A program made the translations under genes and the position numbers. Below the pieces are notes generated by a model. It made no database searches, was not told where the DNA came from, and saw only the letters and a program-made list of their open reading frames with translations. DNA of 43,680 nucleotides from Victivallaceae bacterium (lineage in GTDB: Bacteria > Verrucomicrobiota > Lentisphaeria > Victivallales > Victivallaceae): the NCBI GenBank assembly GCA_045648225.1, contig JAZRNP010000059.1, forward strand, positions 1-43,680. The letters are read 5' to 3'. Positions 35,157-43,680 of the stretch are shown here, in pieces; the stretch's first letter is position 1, and each line of letters opens with the position of its first letter.

Positions 35157-35927
35157 TCAAATTTCAAAAGTGGATCCGTCGGAAGCTACCCGCAATGGTG
35201 CTCCCCAGGCAGCTTCAGCCCGGGCGAGAGCGTTATCGTAATCGTTGAGCAGTTCCCGTCCGCTGTGGATAAAGATGATATCCTTTATTTTGCGGTTTTC
35301 CCGGCGCAACGCGGCACAAACTTCCGAACTTTTGTGATGTCCGGTTTCCATAAGGAGCAGATCGCACTCATCGAGCCAATCTCCCATATCGGCATAACTT
35401 TTCACATCTCCCGAAGCGACAATCACCTTGTTTTCACACTTGATGCGGTAGGAAAATGAACGGAAAACAGCTGCATCAGGAGCATCAATGTGAAAATTGT
35501 GGCGCGCTTCAATTGAGAGATTGCCGTCATCAAAGATGATTCCGTCCTTTACCGGACTTGGAATCACATTGAACGGCAGAACGCCGCGTTCGGTCATGTC
35601 GAGCCAGTTTTTTGCTGCCTCCCAAAGACCGTTGACCGGTGTAAAAAGCTGAATATCAAAAGATTCATGTCCGCCCATGCGGCTGATGATCTTTTTTATG
35701 GTCCACAACAGATTCGGTAACCCCCCCACATGGTCGATATGGGGATGAGTTATGGCGATGGTACGGATCGACAGCAGATCCAACCCCATCAAATAGGCGG
35801 TATGATAACAGTTTTCGCCGGCGTCGAACCAGTACAGTTTCCCGGCACTTTCAATTGCCCAGGCGGTATGATGCCGCCCCTGTTGCGGTTCGGTGCCGGA
35901 TGCACTGCCGAAAACGTGTAATTTCAT
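35157..35927 (-). CDS. MBL-fold metallo-hydrolase
   Basis: 256 aa with an 'ITHPHIDHVGG' HxHxDH motif. Confidence 0.8.
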   Translation of the reverse strand: MKLHVFGSASGTEPQQGRHHTAWAIESAGKLYWFDAGENCYHTAYLMGLDLLSIRTIAITHPHIDHVGGLPNLLWTIKKIISRMGGHESFDIQLFTPVNGLWEAAKNWLDMTERGVLPFNVIPSPVKDGIIFDDGNLSIEARHNFHIDAPDAAVFRSFSYRIKCENKVIVASGDVKSYADMGDWLDECDLLLMETGHHKSSEVCAALRRENRKIKDIIFIHSGRELLNDYDNALARAEAAWGAPLRVASDGSTFEI

Positions 35928-35952
35928 AGGTTATTTCCGGTGAAATTGTTTC

Positions 35953-36822
35953 TCAGAGTATGCCGCAGTCCAACAGAGTCTTTTTGAGAATTTCTGCGTG
36001 AGCAGCACTCATTTCGCAAAGCGGGAGCCGGTATTCCGGAGTGATGGCTCCGGTCATTCCCATGGCCGCTTTGACCGGGATCGGGTTACTCTCAATAAAC
36101 AGATTGCGGAACAGCGGATAGTATTTGCGGTGAGCCTTGAGTGCAGAAGCAAAATCTCCGGCGAGAGCGGCGGATACCATTTCACTCAATTCTCCGGGAA
36201 TGAGGTTGGAGGCAACACTGATGATACCTTTGGCACCGACGGAGATCATCGGCAGAGTAAGAGAATCATCACCACTCAAAACGGTAATATCGCACAGATC
36301 AAGGATTTCTGAAACCCGGTCAACACTGCCGCCGGCTTCTTTGACTGCTACCATCAGCGGATTGGCAGACAAGCGGGCGATGGTGTCAGTGGCGATGGGA
36401 ACTCCGGCCCGGCCGGGAACGTTGTAAAGCACTACCGGCAGACCGGTTTCGTCAGCGACACTGGAGAAATGGCGGTAAATGCCTTCCTGAGTCGGCTTGT
36501 TGTAGTAAGGAGTGACCTGCAAGGTGGCATCGGCTCCGGCAGCTTTTGCTTCCCGGGTGAGATAGATCGCCTCTTCGGTGGAGTTGGCACCGGTACCGGC
36601 GATGACCTGACAGCGGCCGTTGATGATTTCCACCGTCCGGGCAATGACTTCGATATGCTCTTCATTGGAAAGAGTCGGAGATTCTCCGGTGGTTCCGACG
36701 GGGACAACTCCGGCAACTTTGCCGGCGACTTGTGCTTCGAGCAGTTTTTCAAAGGCCTGCCAGTCAACTTTGCCATTTTTGAACGGAGTTACCAACGCAG
36801 TGTAGACGCCCTGTAATAACAT
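35953..36822 (-). CDS. dapA: 4-hydroxy-tetrahydrodipicolinate synthase
   Basis: 'GVYTALVTPF', 'VPVGTTGESPTLS', 'VLYNVPGRAG'. AAGGA SD. Confidence 0.93.
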   Translation of the reverse strand: MLLQGVYTALVTPFKNGKVDWQAFEKLLEAQVAGKVAGVVPVGTTGESPTLSNEEHIEVIARTVEIINGRCQVIAGTGANSTEEAIYLTREAKAAGADATLQVTPYYNKPTQEGIYRHFSSVADETGLPVVLYNVPGRAGVPIATDTIARLSANPLMVAVKEAGGSVDRVSEILDLCDITVLSGDDSLTLPMISVGAKGIISVASNLIPGELSEMVSAALAGDFASALKAHRKYYPLFRNLFIESNPIPVKAAMGMTGAITPEYRLPLCEMSAAHAEILKKTLLDCGIL

Positions 36823-36977
36823 TTTCTGTTTCCTTCAAAAGTAAATTTTCCATTTGGACACATTGTTCTGCTATAATTTACCACCATTTGCAGTTAAAAT
36901 CAATACTCGGATTTGAAAAAAGCGGCATCAGTGTTAAATTATGTAAAAAGCACCAAATGATATGGAGATTAAACAGA

Positions 36978-37457
36978 ATGAAAAAATTTGTTTATATGGG
37001 TTTTGCGGCAGTTGCGGCACTTGTGTTTGCCGGATGTGTTTCCTATAATTATGACGGCAAAACTGAACCCCCGGTAAAGGCGGCAAAAGATATCCGCATT
37101 TACAACAATGCTGAGAGCATCGGCAAAACATATACGGTGCTGGGCACCGCAGTTGTTTCCGGCAACAGTCAGGATGTCAGCCGGGACCGGATGATCGAAA
37201 AACTCCGTTCTGAGGCCCATAAATGCGGAGCTACAGCAATTCTCATCATTGAACAGCAGCTCATCCCGACCGGAACCGCTTCCGGCAGTCAGCCCTTTAT
37301 GACCGCCTTTGATTATGATGACACCAGCAGCAGCTGGCGTCAGATCTACCAGGATGTTGATCAGAATTTCGCCAACACCAGGCGGGTCAGATACAATCAA
37401 AGCTCTTCCGGCTCATCCCGCCGGATCATCCGTGCTGAATTCATCCGCAGTAACTGA
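36978..37457 (+). CDS. Small lipoprotein, function unknown
   Basis: ATG 36978 lies 9 nt after GGAGA. 'AALVFAGC' lipobox. 159 aa. Confidence 0.65.
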   Translation: MKKFVYMGFAAVAALVFAGCVSYNYDGKTEPPVKAAKDIRIYNNAESIGKTYTVLGTAVVSGNSQDVSRDRMIEKLRSEAHKCGATAILIIEQQLIPTGTASGSQPFMTAFDYDDTSSSWRQIYQDVDQNFANTRRVRYNQSSSGSSRRIIRAEFIRSN

Positions 37458-37490
37458 GCCGGGAAATTCCGGCTGCGCTTCCGGGGTAAT

Positions 37491-38288
37491 ATGAAACCTT
37501 TGAAAGATGAAATAGTCAGTTTGAACAATGCATTCAAACTGAAGTTCAAAAAACTCTACCTCGGAATAAGCAATGTACGATGCAAGTCGTGCTATCCCTA
37601 TCCCCGGCTGATCTATTCGCTGGGCAATGCAGGAGACACCTTTTTTTCAGACGGCTCTTCTGAAACCGTTTTTGAACGGGGAGTCTGGCTGCTGATACCG
37701 CCCTATCTGGAAATTCATCATCATCTCCGGAACAGTCATCATCTGGCGATACATTTCACCTGTTCTCTGCTGGATGGCATGGAATTGTTTTCCGACATAA
37801 AGCGGATCGAACATGGATATGCTCCGGAACTGCTGCCGATCGCCGAATCCATTTCTCCGGAAAATCACATCCATTTTTTAAATGGTGTCAATCTGATTTT
37901 GCGGCATGCACTTTATCAGGTCATGCAGAAGCACGACTGGGATCTGGAACGCAAAGTCGCCGGCATGAATATCTATTATCCGCTGACAGAATATCTGCAC
38001 CGCAAACTTGATCCGCACATTACAGTCGGAGAGATGGCAAAGGTGATGAATTCCGGAGAACAGAGTTTCGCCAGAAAATTTTCTGCCGTCATCGGGGTGA
38101 CGCCACATAAATTCAATGAAAACATCATCATCGATCATGCCGTGGAATTGTTGGAAAACAGCGATCTTTCCATTAAGGAGATCGCCGCCGCACTGCATTT
38201 TTCCAACGAATACTATTTTTCCCGCTTTTTTAAACGGCATATGAAAATCGCCCCGGGAAGTTTCCGGAATAAACCGGACAAATTTTGA
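37491..38288 (+). CDS. AraC-family transcriptional regulator
   Basis: 265 aa. The C-terminal dual HTH is 'ITVGEMAKVMNSGEQSFARKFSAVIGVTPHKF...IKEIAAALHFSNEYYFSRFFKRHMKIAPGSFR'. Confidence 0.85.
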   Translation: MKPLKDEIVSLNNAFKLKFKKLYLGISNVRCKSCYPYPRLIYSLGNAGDTFFSDGSSETVFERGVWLLIPPYLEIHHHLRNSHHLAIHFTCSLLDGMELFSDIKRIEHGYAPELLPIAESISPENHIHFLNGVNLILRHALYQVMQKHDWDLERKVAGMNIYYPLTEYLHRKLDPHITVGEMAKVMNSGEQSFARKFSAVIGVTPHKFNENIIIDHAVELLENSDLSIKEIAAALHFSNEYYFSRFFKRHMKIAPGSFRNKPDKF

Positions 38289-38351
38289 TCAGTTGGGATA
38301 TTGATCAGGTTTAAAATACAGAAAAGTATATTTTTTTGATATTTTTTTGTA

Positions 38352-38380
38352 TTGCTGAAACCTGCTTGAAGCAGTATATT
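38352..38380 (+). promoter_or_regulatory. Candidate promoter of the glycyl-radical enzyme operon
   Basis: TTGCTG(38352)-N17-TATATT(38375). The spacer contains the palindrome CTGCTT-G-AAGCAG. The direct repeat TTGATCAG occurs at 38285 and 38301 upstream. Confidence 0.4.
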
Positions 38381-38408
38381 TGCCAATGTTGAAACAACGG
38401 AGGTAATC

Positions 38409-40613
38409 ATGATCGAATTATGGGAAAACGTATCCAGGAATATTGAAGCAAAATTTGCTGATCCGGATTTTTACCGCGACGCCCCGGGAACACCGTTGCC
38501 GGAATTGCTTAAGGAACTGGATGAGCTCTTTCAAAAAGACTGTGATCTTCCGCGTCCAATTGCCAAAGCCCGGGCATTTTCTTTGGTGTGTGAAAAAATC
38601 CAGCTTAAAGTTTCCAATGGCGATTGCTTCCCCTCTTTTGCCTCCTGTTTGACCAAACCGCTGGCGGGAATTTATATTGCCCGGTGGCGTAAAGATACCA
38701 TGGGGCGGGTGTTTACCGCCGAGGAACGTCAGGAGATCCGTTCTGCTGCGGAAAGCCGTATCATCCAGATCCGCAGTGATTTTGAACATTCCGTCCCGGA
38801 CTGGGATGCGATCTTTGAATTGGGATTGAGCGGATTGCTCGACCGGGTCAGGTTTTATCAGCAGCAGAATTCCGGGAAGTTTGCCGAACATCCGGAATAT
38901 GCCGTCTTTTATGAAGCGGTGATCATGGAATACAATGCTGCACTTGCGCTTGTAGACCGGTTGATTTGCGAAGTGGAGAAATTGCCGCCTCATCCGTTGC
39001 GGGAGCTGCAGTACACCGCATTGAAACAGCTGCGTTCCGGTAAAGCAACCACATTTTATGAAGCATTGCTGCAGATCTGGCTCTATTTCCAATTGTCGGA
39101 GTATATTGACATTATCCAGACCCGTTCTTTCGGCAATCTCGACCGGATCCTTTATCCCTATTGCCGTCGGGATATCGATTCCGGAAAATATACCGAATCG
39201 GATATCCGTTTCTTTATCCGCTGCTTCATGTATCAGGCAACAGCGATGCATTATACCGTCGGTCATCCGTTCTATTTCGGAGGAACCAACGCCGACGGCA
39301 GCAGTGCCATCAATGAACTTTCCTATTGGATCCTGGAAGAATACGACCGCTTGAATATCCTTGATCCGAAATTGCATATCAAAGTTTCAGAAAATACTCC
39401 GCAGGATTTTATCGATTACGCATTGAATATGATCCGCAGCGGACGCAACAGCATCGTTTTTGTCGGTGAACCGTGCATTATCCGTACCATGACGAGGTAC
39501 GGCTACTCTTTGCGGGAAGCGCAAACTGCCGACATCAAGGGCTGTTATGAATATTGTGCCCGCGGCGGCTGTGTGGAAACTGCTCCGCTGACGCTCAATT
39601 CAGTAAAAATTCTGGGCCTTGCGCTGCGCAACGGCATCGAAGTTTTGAGTGGACAGCGGCAGGGGCCTGCGACCGGAAATGCGGCTGAATTCACCTCGTT
39701 CCGGCAGTTGTACCGGGCGTTTTTGCGCCAGTTCTTTTACCTGATCGACCGCCATCTGGCTTATGCTCTGCGCCTGGAGGAAAAATTGGATGAGAGCAAT
39801 CCGGCTCCTATGCTTTCCGGTGTTTTTGAATCCAGTTTGCGCCGTGCCGCCGACGGTTATGCCCGGGGGGCCAAATACAATAATACCAATGTCTGGATCT
39901 GTGGCTGTGCAACGACGGCGGATTCTCTTGCCATGATCAAACGCTATTGTTTTGACCGGAAAAAATTCACTCTGCCCGCTCTTGTAGAAATGCTCGACCG
40001 GAACTTTGAGGGCGATGAACTTATCCGTCAGCAGCTGCTCAATGACCCGGAAAAATATGGCAACAATCAAGATTTGCCCGACCGGATCGCAGTTCATTTT
40101 ACCTCCGCTGCGGCAAAGCGTATCAGTGGCAAACCCAATTCCCGGGGCGGAATCATTACCACGGCACTGCACGCTTCCAACCGCTTTTTCCAATGGGCAG
40201 ATCTTTGTGAAGCGACTGCTGACGGCCGACGTCGGGGGGATGAATTGAGCAAAAATATGAGTGCAACTCAGGGGAGTGCCATTTCCGGTGCCACTTCGCT
40301 GGTATCTTCGGTATTGAAGTTCGACACTTCTTTGTTTATGGCGGATCTGCCGGTGGATATCATGCTGCATCCCAGTGAAGTCAAAGGCGATGCCGGACTT
40401 GCCGCTATGCGGGCATTGCTGATGACCTATATCAAAAATTACGGCCATGCGATGCACTTCAATGTAATGGATGCCGCCGTTCTGCGAGCGGCCCAGAAAG
40501 AACCGGAAAAATACCGGGATCTGCAGGTGCGCATCTGCGGCTGGAACGTCTATTGGAACTCCATCAGCAAACGGGAACAGGATGCTTATATCCGGCAGGC
40601 GGAAAAATTATGA
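38409..40613 (+). CDS. Glycyl-radical enzyme (pyruvate formate-lyase/glycerol dehydratase superfamily), substrate unknown
   Basis: 734 aa. The C-terminal glycyl-radical motif is 'YRDLQVRICGWNVYW'. Candidate thiyl loop 'GGCVETAP'. Followed by a dedicated activase. Confidence 0.88.
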   Translation: MIELWENVSRNIEAKFADPDFYRDAPGTPLPELLKELDELFQKDCDLPRPIAKARAFSLVCEKIQLKVSNGDCFPSFASCLTKPLAGIYIARWRKDTMGRVFTAEERQEIRSAAESRIIQIRSDFEHSVPDWDAIFELGLSGLLDRVRFYQQQNSGKFAEHPEYAVFYEAVIMEYNAALALVDRLICEVEKLPPHPLRELQYTALKQLRSGKATTFYEALLQIWLYFQLSEYIDIIQTRSFGNLDRILYPYCRRDIDSGKYTESDIRFFIRCFMYQATAMHYTVGHPFYFGGTNADGSSAINELSYWILEEYDRLNILDPKLHIKVSENTPQDFIDYALNMIRSGRNSIVFVGEPCIIRTMTRYGYSLREAQTADIKGCYEYCARGGCVETAPLTLNSVKILGLALRNGIEVLSGQRQGPATGNAAEFTSFRQLYRAFLRQFFYLIDRHLAYALRLEEKLDESNPAPMLSGVFESSLRRAADGYARGAKYNNTNVWICGCATTADSLAMIKRYCFDRKKFTLPALVEMLDRNFEGDELIRQQLLNDPEKYGNNQDLPDRIAVHFTSAAAKRISGKPNSRGGIITTALHASNRFFQWADLCEATADGRRRGDELSKNMSATQGSAISGATSLVSSVLKFDTSLFMADLPVDIMLHPSEVKGDAGLAAMRALLMTYIKNYGHAMHFNVMDAAVLRAAQKEPEKYRDLQVRICGWNVYWNSISKREQDAYIRQAEKL

Positions 40614-41482
40614 TTGGAACCATTCTCAATATCGAACACTTTGCTGTCCACGACGGCCCGGGAATAAGAGCGGTTGTTTTTTTAAAGGGCTGTCCGTTGC
40701 GCTGTTTGTGGTGTCATACCCCGGAATCCCAACGCCGGGAGTTTGAATTATTGTATAATCACGAATACTGTCTGGATTGCGGCTGTTGTCAGCAGCTGTT
40801 CCGGAAACTTCCGGTTTCTGATCTTTCGGGAAATGAACTGGCTCTTGCCGGTAATTGTCCGACCCGGGCCCTCTCGATCGCCGGCAGAGAGATTACTGCC
40901 TCCGGAATCATTGCAGAAATCGAAAAAGACCGGATGTTTTTCAATGAGAGCGGCGGCGGCTTGACCATCTCCGGCGGAGAGCCGCTGTTTCAAGCGGAAT
41001 TCACTTTGGAAATCATGCGTCTGGCAAAACAAAATGGTATCAGCTGCTGTATCGAAACCTGCGGTTATGGTAATTTTAAATATTTACAGCAATTCAGCAG
41101 TTATACCGATATTTTTCTTTATGACATCAAGGCATCCGATGGTGAACTGCACCGCCAATTGACCGGTGTGGACAATGCCCTTATTTTGGAGAATCTGCAA
41201 AAACTCAACGATCTCGGTGCCAATATCATTTTGCGTTGCCCATTGATCCCCGGCGTGAATGATGATGAGAAACATCTGTTGGAAATCGCCCGGCTTGCGG
41301 ATAAATTGAACAATGTCCGGGCTGTTCACATTGAACCATATAATCCGCTTGCCAGAAGCAAATACCGCCAGCTCAACCGGTCTGACAATGGTATACCGGA
41401 GGATTTCCCGGCAGAGGAAACGATTCGGCATTATCTTGAAACCATCTCCAATCACACCTCAAAACCGGTGGAAATCCCCTGA
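40610..41482 (+). CDS. Glycyl-radical enzyme activating protein (radical SAM)
   Basis: ATGA overlap with the GRE stop. 'FAVHDGPGIRAVVFLKGCPLRCLWCHTPE' (CX3CX2C) plus ferredoxin-like Cys clusters 'CLDCGCCQQ...CPTRAL'. Confidence 0.9.
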   Translation: MIGTILNIEHFAVHDGPGIRAVVFLKGCPLRCLWCHTPESQRREFELLYNHEYCLDCGCCQQLFRKLPVSDLSGNELALAGNCPTRALSIAGREITASGIIAEIEKDRMFFNESGGGLTISGGEPLFQAEFTLEIMRLAKQNGISCCIETCGYGNFKYLQQFSSYTDIFLYDIKASDGELHRQLTGVDNALILENLQKLNDLGANIILRCPLIPGVNDDEKHLLEIARLADKLNNVRAVHIEPYNPLARSKYRQLNRSDNGIPEDFPAEETIRHYLETISNHTSKPVEIP

Positions 41483-41498
41483 TTGCGGCACAAAAAAT

Positions 41499-41522
41499 CG
41501 ACCGGCGGAAATTCGCCGGTCG
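41499..41522. terminator. Bidirectional hairpin terminator between convergent genes
   Basis: CGACCGGCG-gaaatt-CGCCGGTCG (9-bp GC-rich stem) is flanked by AAAAAAT on the left and AAAG on the right. Confidence 0.6.
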
Positions 41523-41541
41523 AAAGAATCACATCAGCCGA

Positions 41542-43680
41542 TCAGAATTTTACAAAACTGTTCCAGATCGGATAGGTGTAGCGGGTGCGGAAACGCAGAC
41601 GGCTGGAACTTTCTCCGATCCGGCGCCGGGAATATTCTTCAGCGTAGGTATCGAAAATCGGCACAAAGGTCACGCTCGCTCCGTTGTCGTAGAATTCGAC
41701 TGCGGCGGCACCGGCAGGATATTCGGTGGTCTGCGGCATATTGATTTGGGTGAGACCGCCCAATTTGACTGAAGCAGCCACATTTTTGTGTCCGACCAGC
41801 AGCAATCCTTTGCAGCGGGAAAGTTTTTCCAGAAGTTTCCGGGCACCTTCGGGGGCTTCGGAAATGGATTTTTTGCCCCGCGTTTCACCGATGGTAGCTG
41901 ATTTATCTTTGGCGGCAACGTAGTTGTCGGGAATCAACTGGTAGTGGGTGAATATAAGCAGCGGCATTTTTTCGTCGATCTTGTCGATAATGGCACGGTT
42001 TTCCGGAGTATCGATGATTCCGACCGGGATGTTGAGCCGGACAACCTGAACGCCGTTGTGAATGACTATACCGGAAGGAGAACCGAAAGTCGGGATCCAT
42101 TTGCTGGATGCATCACGGATGTGATCATGATTTCCGCGGGTGAATAATACCGGCATTTTGGCATTTTTGAATGCCTCTTTGGCAGCATCGATTTCAGCGG
42201 CAAGACCTTTGTCAGTCAAATCTCCGGGGACCAGGATGAAATCCATCTTGTCGGCATTGAATTTATCGACGATTTCGCCGACCAGTTTCTGACTGCGGCT
42301 GTGCATTCTGCCGAAGTTGTCAGGGATGGTGGTCAGGTGCGTGTCAGACATGACACCGACTTTCAACAGCAGTTTGCCGGTGGCCTCTTGCCGGGTACGG
42401 AAAGTTATCGGTTTTTTCAGCGGGCCGGTGAGAGTGTATTTGGTATCCGGCTTGAGATTGTCAAAGGTGACTCTGCCGAAATAGCCGTCGATCTCCTTTT
42501 TTACACCATTGCTCAATTTGCAGCTGCGCTTGGCGGCGACATTGAAACCGTAGCGGAAGGTCGCACTGGTGGTCGTGACCGTCAGCAGATCGACATGATC
42601 GGCAATATTTTTGCGGATCGGGAAGGGAGGCATGGTTCCCTCTTTTTCCAGCATACCGGGGAATCCGGCTGCGGCGGCAATGCGATGCGGAATATCGCTG
42701 TTTTCCTGCGGAGCTTTGAAGTTTTCCGCACCGGCTCCCTTGGTAAAGGTGATGACTTTGGCCGGTGTGTGGCCGAAGCTGGTGTAGTTGAAACCGCAGC
42801 GGTTATCCCGGATGCGAAGAGCTTCGATGACCAGCGGATTGTATTTGCCGTAACCCATGCTGGCGGTGAATTTGTCGGTCTTGGTCTGTTTACCGGAGAT
42901 GAACTGCTGGCAGGCGGCTTCGATTCTGGCGTTTTCCTCAGCCGAGAGATTAGCGATGCCGACCATTTCAGTGACCTTTTTGATCATATCGGCGGCGGAA
43001 GCTTTATCCTTTTTCATCTGGTTGACGATGCCGGTCATGGAGTTGAGGGATTTCTCCTGCTTGAGGATGGCCTCTTTGCGATATTTGGCAATATCGTTGA
43101 TCTTGGTACCGCCGGTATCGTGGTCAGCGGTGACGACGATCAGGGTCTCTTCCGGATGTTTTTCAGCGAATTTGAGTGCTTCGCCGATGGCGGCGTCAAA
43201 TTCGATCATCTCCCGGAGGGCGGTTCCGTGATCGTTGCGATGGTTACCGTGGTCGATGGCACCGCCTTCGACCATGAGAAAGAAGCTGTTGCCGTTGGCA
43301 GAGAGCAGTTCGGCGGCTTTGGCGGTGACATCCGCCAGCCGGGGTTTGTTTCCGGCGTGGGTATCGGAAATAACCACGTTTCTATTGCCCGGTTTCAAAG
43401 TGGAGAGCTGTTTGCCTTTGACGACGGTATAACCGTTGCGTTTCAGATGTTTGTTGAGATCGCCGATTTTGTATTCCGGCGGCAGAGCAACGGTACTGAT
43501 GCCGAAGAAATCAAAATGTGAAGCGTAGAGGTCCGCAAGGATTCCGGCGGCTTCATAGCGTTTGAGGCGGTTGGCATAGTGGGCAGCCGGAGTGGCATCA
43601 TTGATGCCGACACTGGAAATGATACCGATTTTCCAATCCCGGGCCTGAAGCCGACGGGCCAGACTGCTGCGGGGAGTACC
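41542..43680 (-). CDS. Alkaline phosphatase (PhoA-family) fused to a C-terminal calcineurin-like metallophosphoesterase; 5' end lies outside the window
   Basis: The frame stays open upstream of the ORF-track TTG (43398) to the window edge ('GIISSVGINDATPAAHYA...'). AP motifs 'FFLMVEGGAIDHGNH' and 'VVTADHDTGG'. MPE motifs 'GVMSDTHL', 'VPGDLTDKG' and 'TRGNHDH'. Confidence 0.8.
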   Translation of the reverse strand, partial: GTPRSSLARRLQARDWKIGIISSVGINDATPAAHYANRLKRYEAAGILADLYASHFDFFGISTVALPPEYKIGDLNKHLKRNGYTVVKGKQLSTLKPGNRNVVISDTHAGNKPRLADVTAKAAELLSANGNSFFLMVEGGAIDHGNHRNDHGTALREMIEFDAAIGEALKFAEKHPEETLIVVTADHDTGGTKINDIAKYRKEAILKQEKSLNSMTGIVNQMKKDKASAADMIKKVTEMVGIANLSAEENARIEAACQQFISGKQTKTDKFTASMGYGKYNPLVIEALRIRDNRCGFNYTSFGHTPAKVITFTKGAGAENFKAPQENSDIPHRIAAAAGFPGMLEKEGTMPPFPIRKNIADHVDLLTVTTTSATFRYGFNVAAKRSCKLSNGVKKEIDGYFGRVTFDNLKPDTKYTLTGPLKKPITFRTRQEATGKLLLKVGVMSDTHLTTIPDNFGRMHSRSQKLVGEIVDKFNADKMDFILVPGDLTDKGLAAEIDAAKEAFKNAKMPVLFTRGNHDHIRDASSKWIPTFGSPSGIVIHNGVQVVRLNIPVGIIDTPENRAIIDKIDEKMPLLIFTHYQLIPDNYVAAKDKSATIGETRGKKSISEAPEGARKLLEKLSRCKGLLLVGHKNVAASVKLGGLTQINMPQTTEYPAGAAAVEFYDNGASVTFVPIFDTYAEEYSRRRIGESSSRLRFRTRYTYPIWNSFVKF

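Overview
This is a 43.7-kb bacterial chromosomal segment. Three paralogous prepilin-type genes ('[17 protein letters not shown]...' plus a C-terminal H-X9-DG motif) sit among glycoside hydrolases and regulators. From what is known of that family's distribution, this suggests a PVC-group organism (Lentisphaerota/Kiritimatiellota/Verrucomicrobiota-like). I could not run any search to confirm it. Layout: (1) 1-5.0 kb, minus strand: a T2SS/type-IV-pilus-like assembly operon (secreted helical protein, GspL- or PilMN-like, PilO/GspM-like, GspC/PilP-like, and a secretin ORF holding only the N-domains). (2) 5.3-12.4 kb: a compact phage-derived head-and-DNA-packaging island (TerS, portal, scaffold, major capsid, adaptor, Cys-rich HTH protein, TerL) under a divergent CI/Cro-like switch. 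No tail, lysis, replication or integrase genes occur anywhere in the window. (3) 12.5-14.2 kb: a membrane-anchored beta-rich protein and a thioredoxin, each with its own promoter. (4) 14.3-24.2 kb: two pseudopilin/glycan loci (pseudopilin, Zn-ribbon lipoprotein, pseudopilin, orphan BtuF-like binding protein; GH36-like enzyme; LacI regulator, pseudopilin, 790-aa protein), rich in unusual repeats. (5) 24.2-24.6 kb: tRNA-Arg(UCU) with an att-like scar. (6) 24.7-36.8 kb: housekeeping genes (acyltransferase, lptD, lepA, GH28-like lipoprotein, trpS, galK, lpxK, MBL hydrolase, dapA). (7) 36.9-43.7 kb: a lipoprotein, an AraC regulator with a glycyl-radical enzyme and its activase, and an alkaline-phosphatase/metallophosphoesterase fusion that runs off the window. 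Genes are very often translationally coupled by 4-nt ATGA/GTGA overlaps (9 cases). Seven candidate promoters share the form TTGnnn-N16/17-TA(T/A)(A/T)TT. The best candidates for new biology are the tail-less capsid/packaging island with its intact switch, the repressor-adjacent membrane protein, and a hairpin-forming repeat family. That repeat family makes up the 'leader' region of the pseudopilin genes and also occurs as a solo 27-bp-stem hairpin after lepA. All functional calls come from motifs read by eye. No database search was possible.
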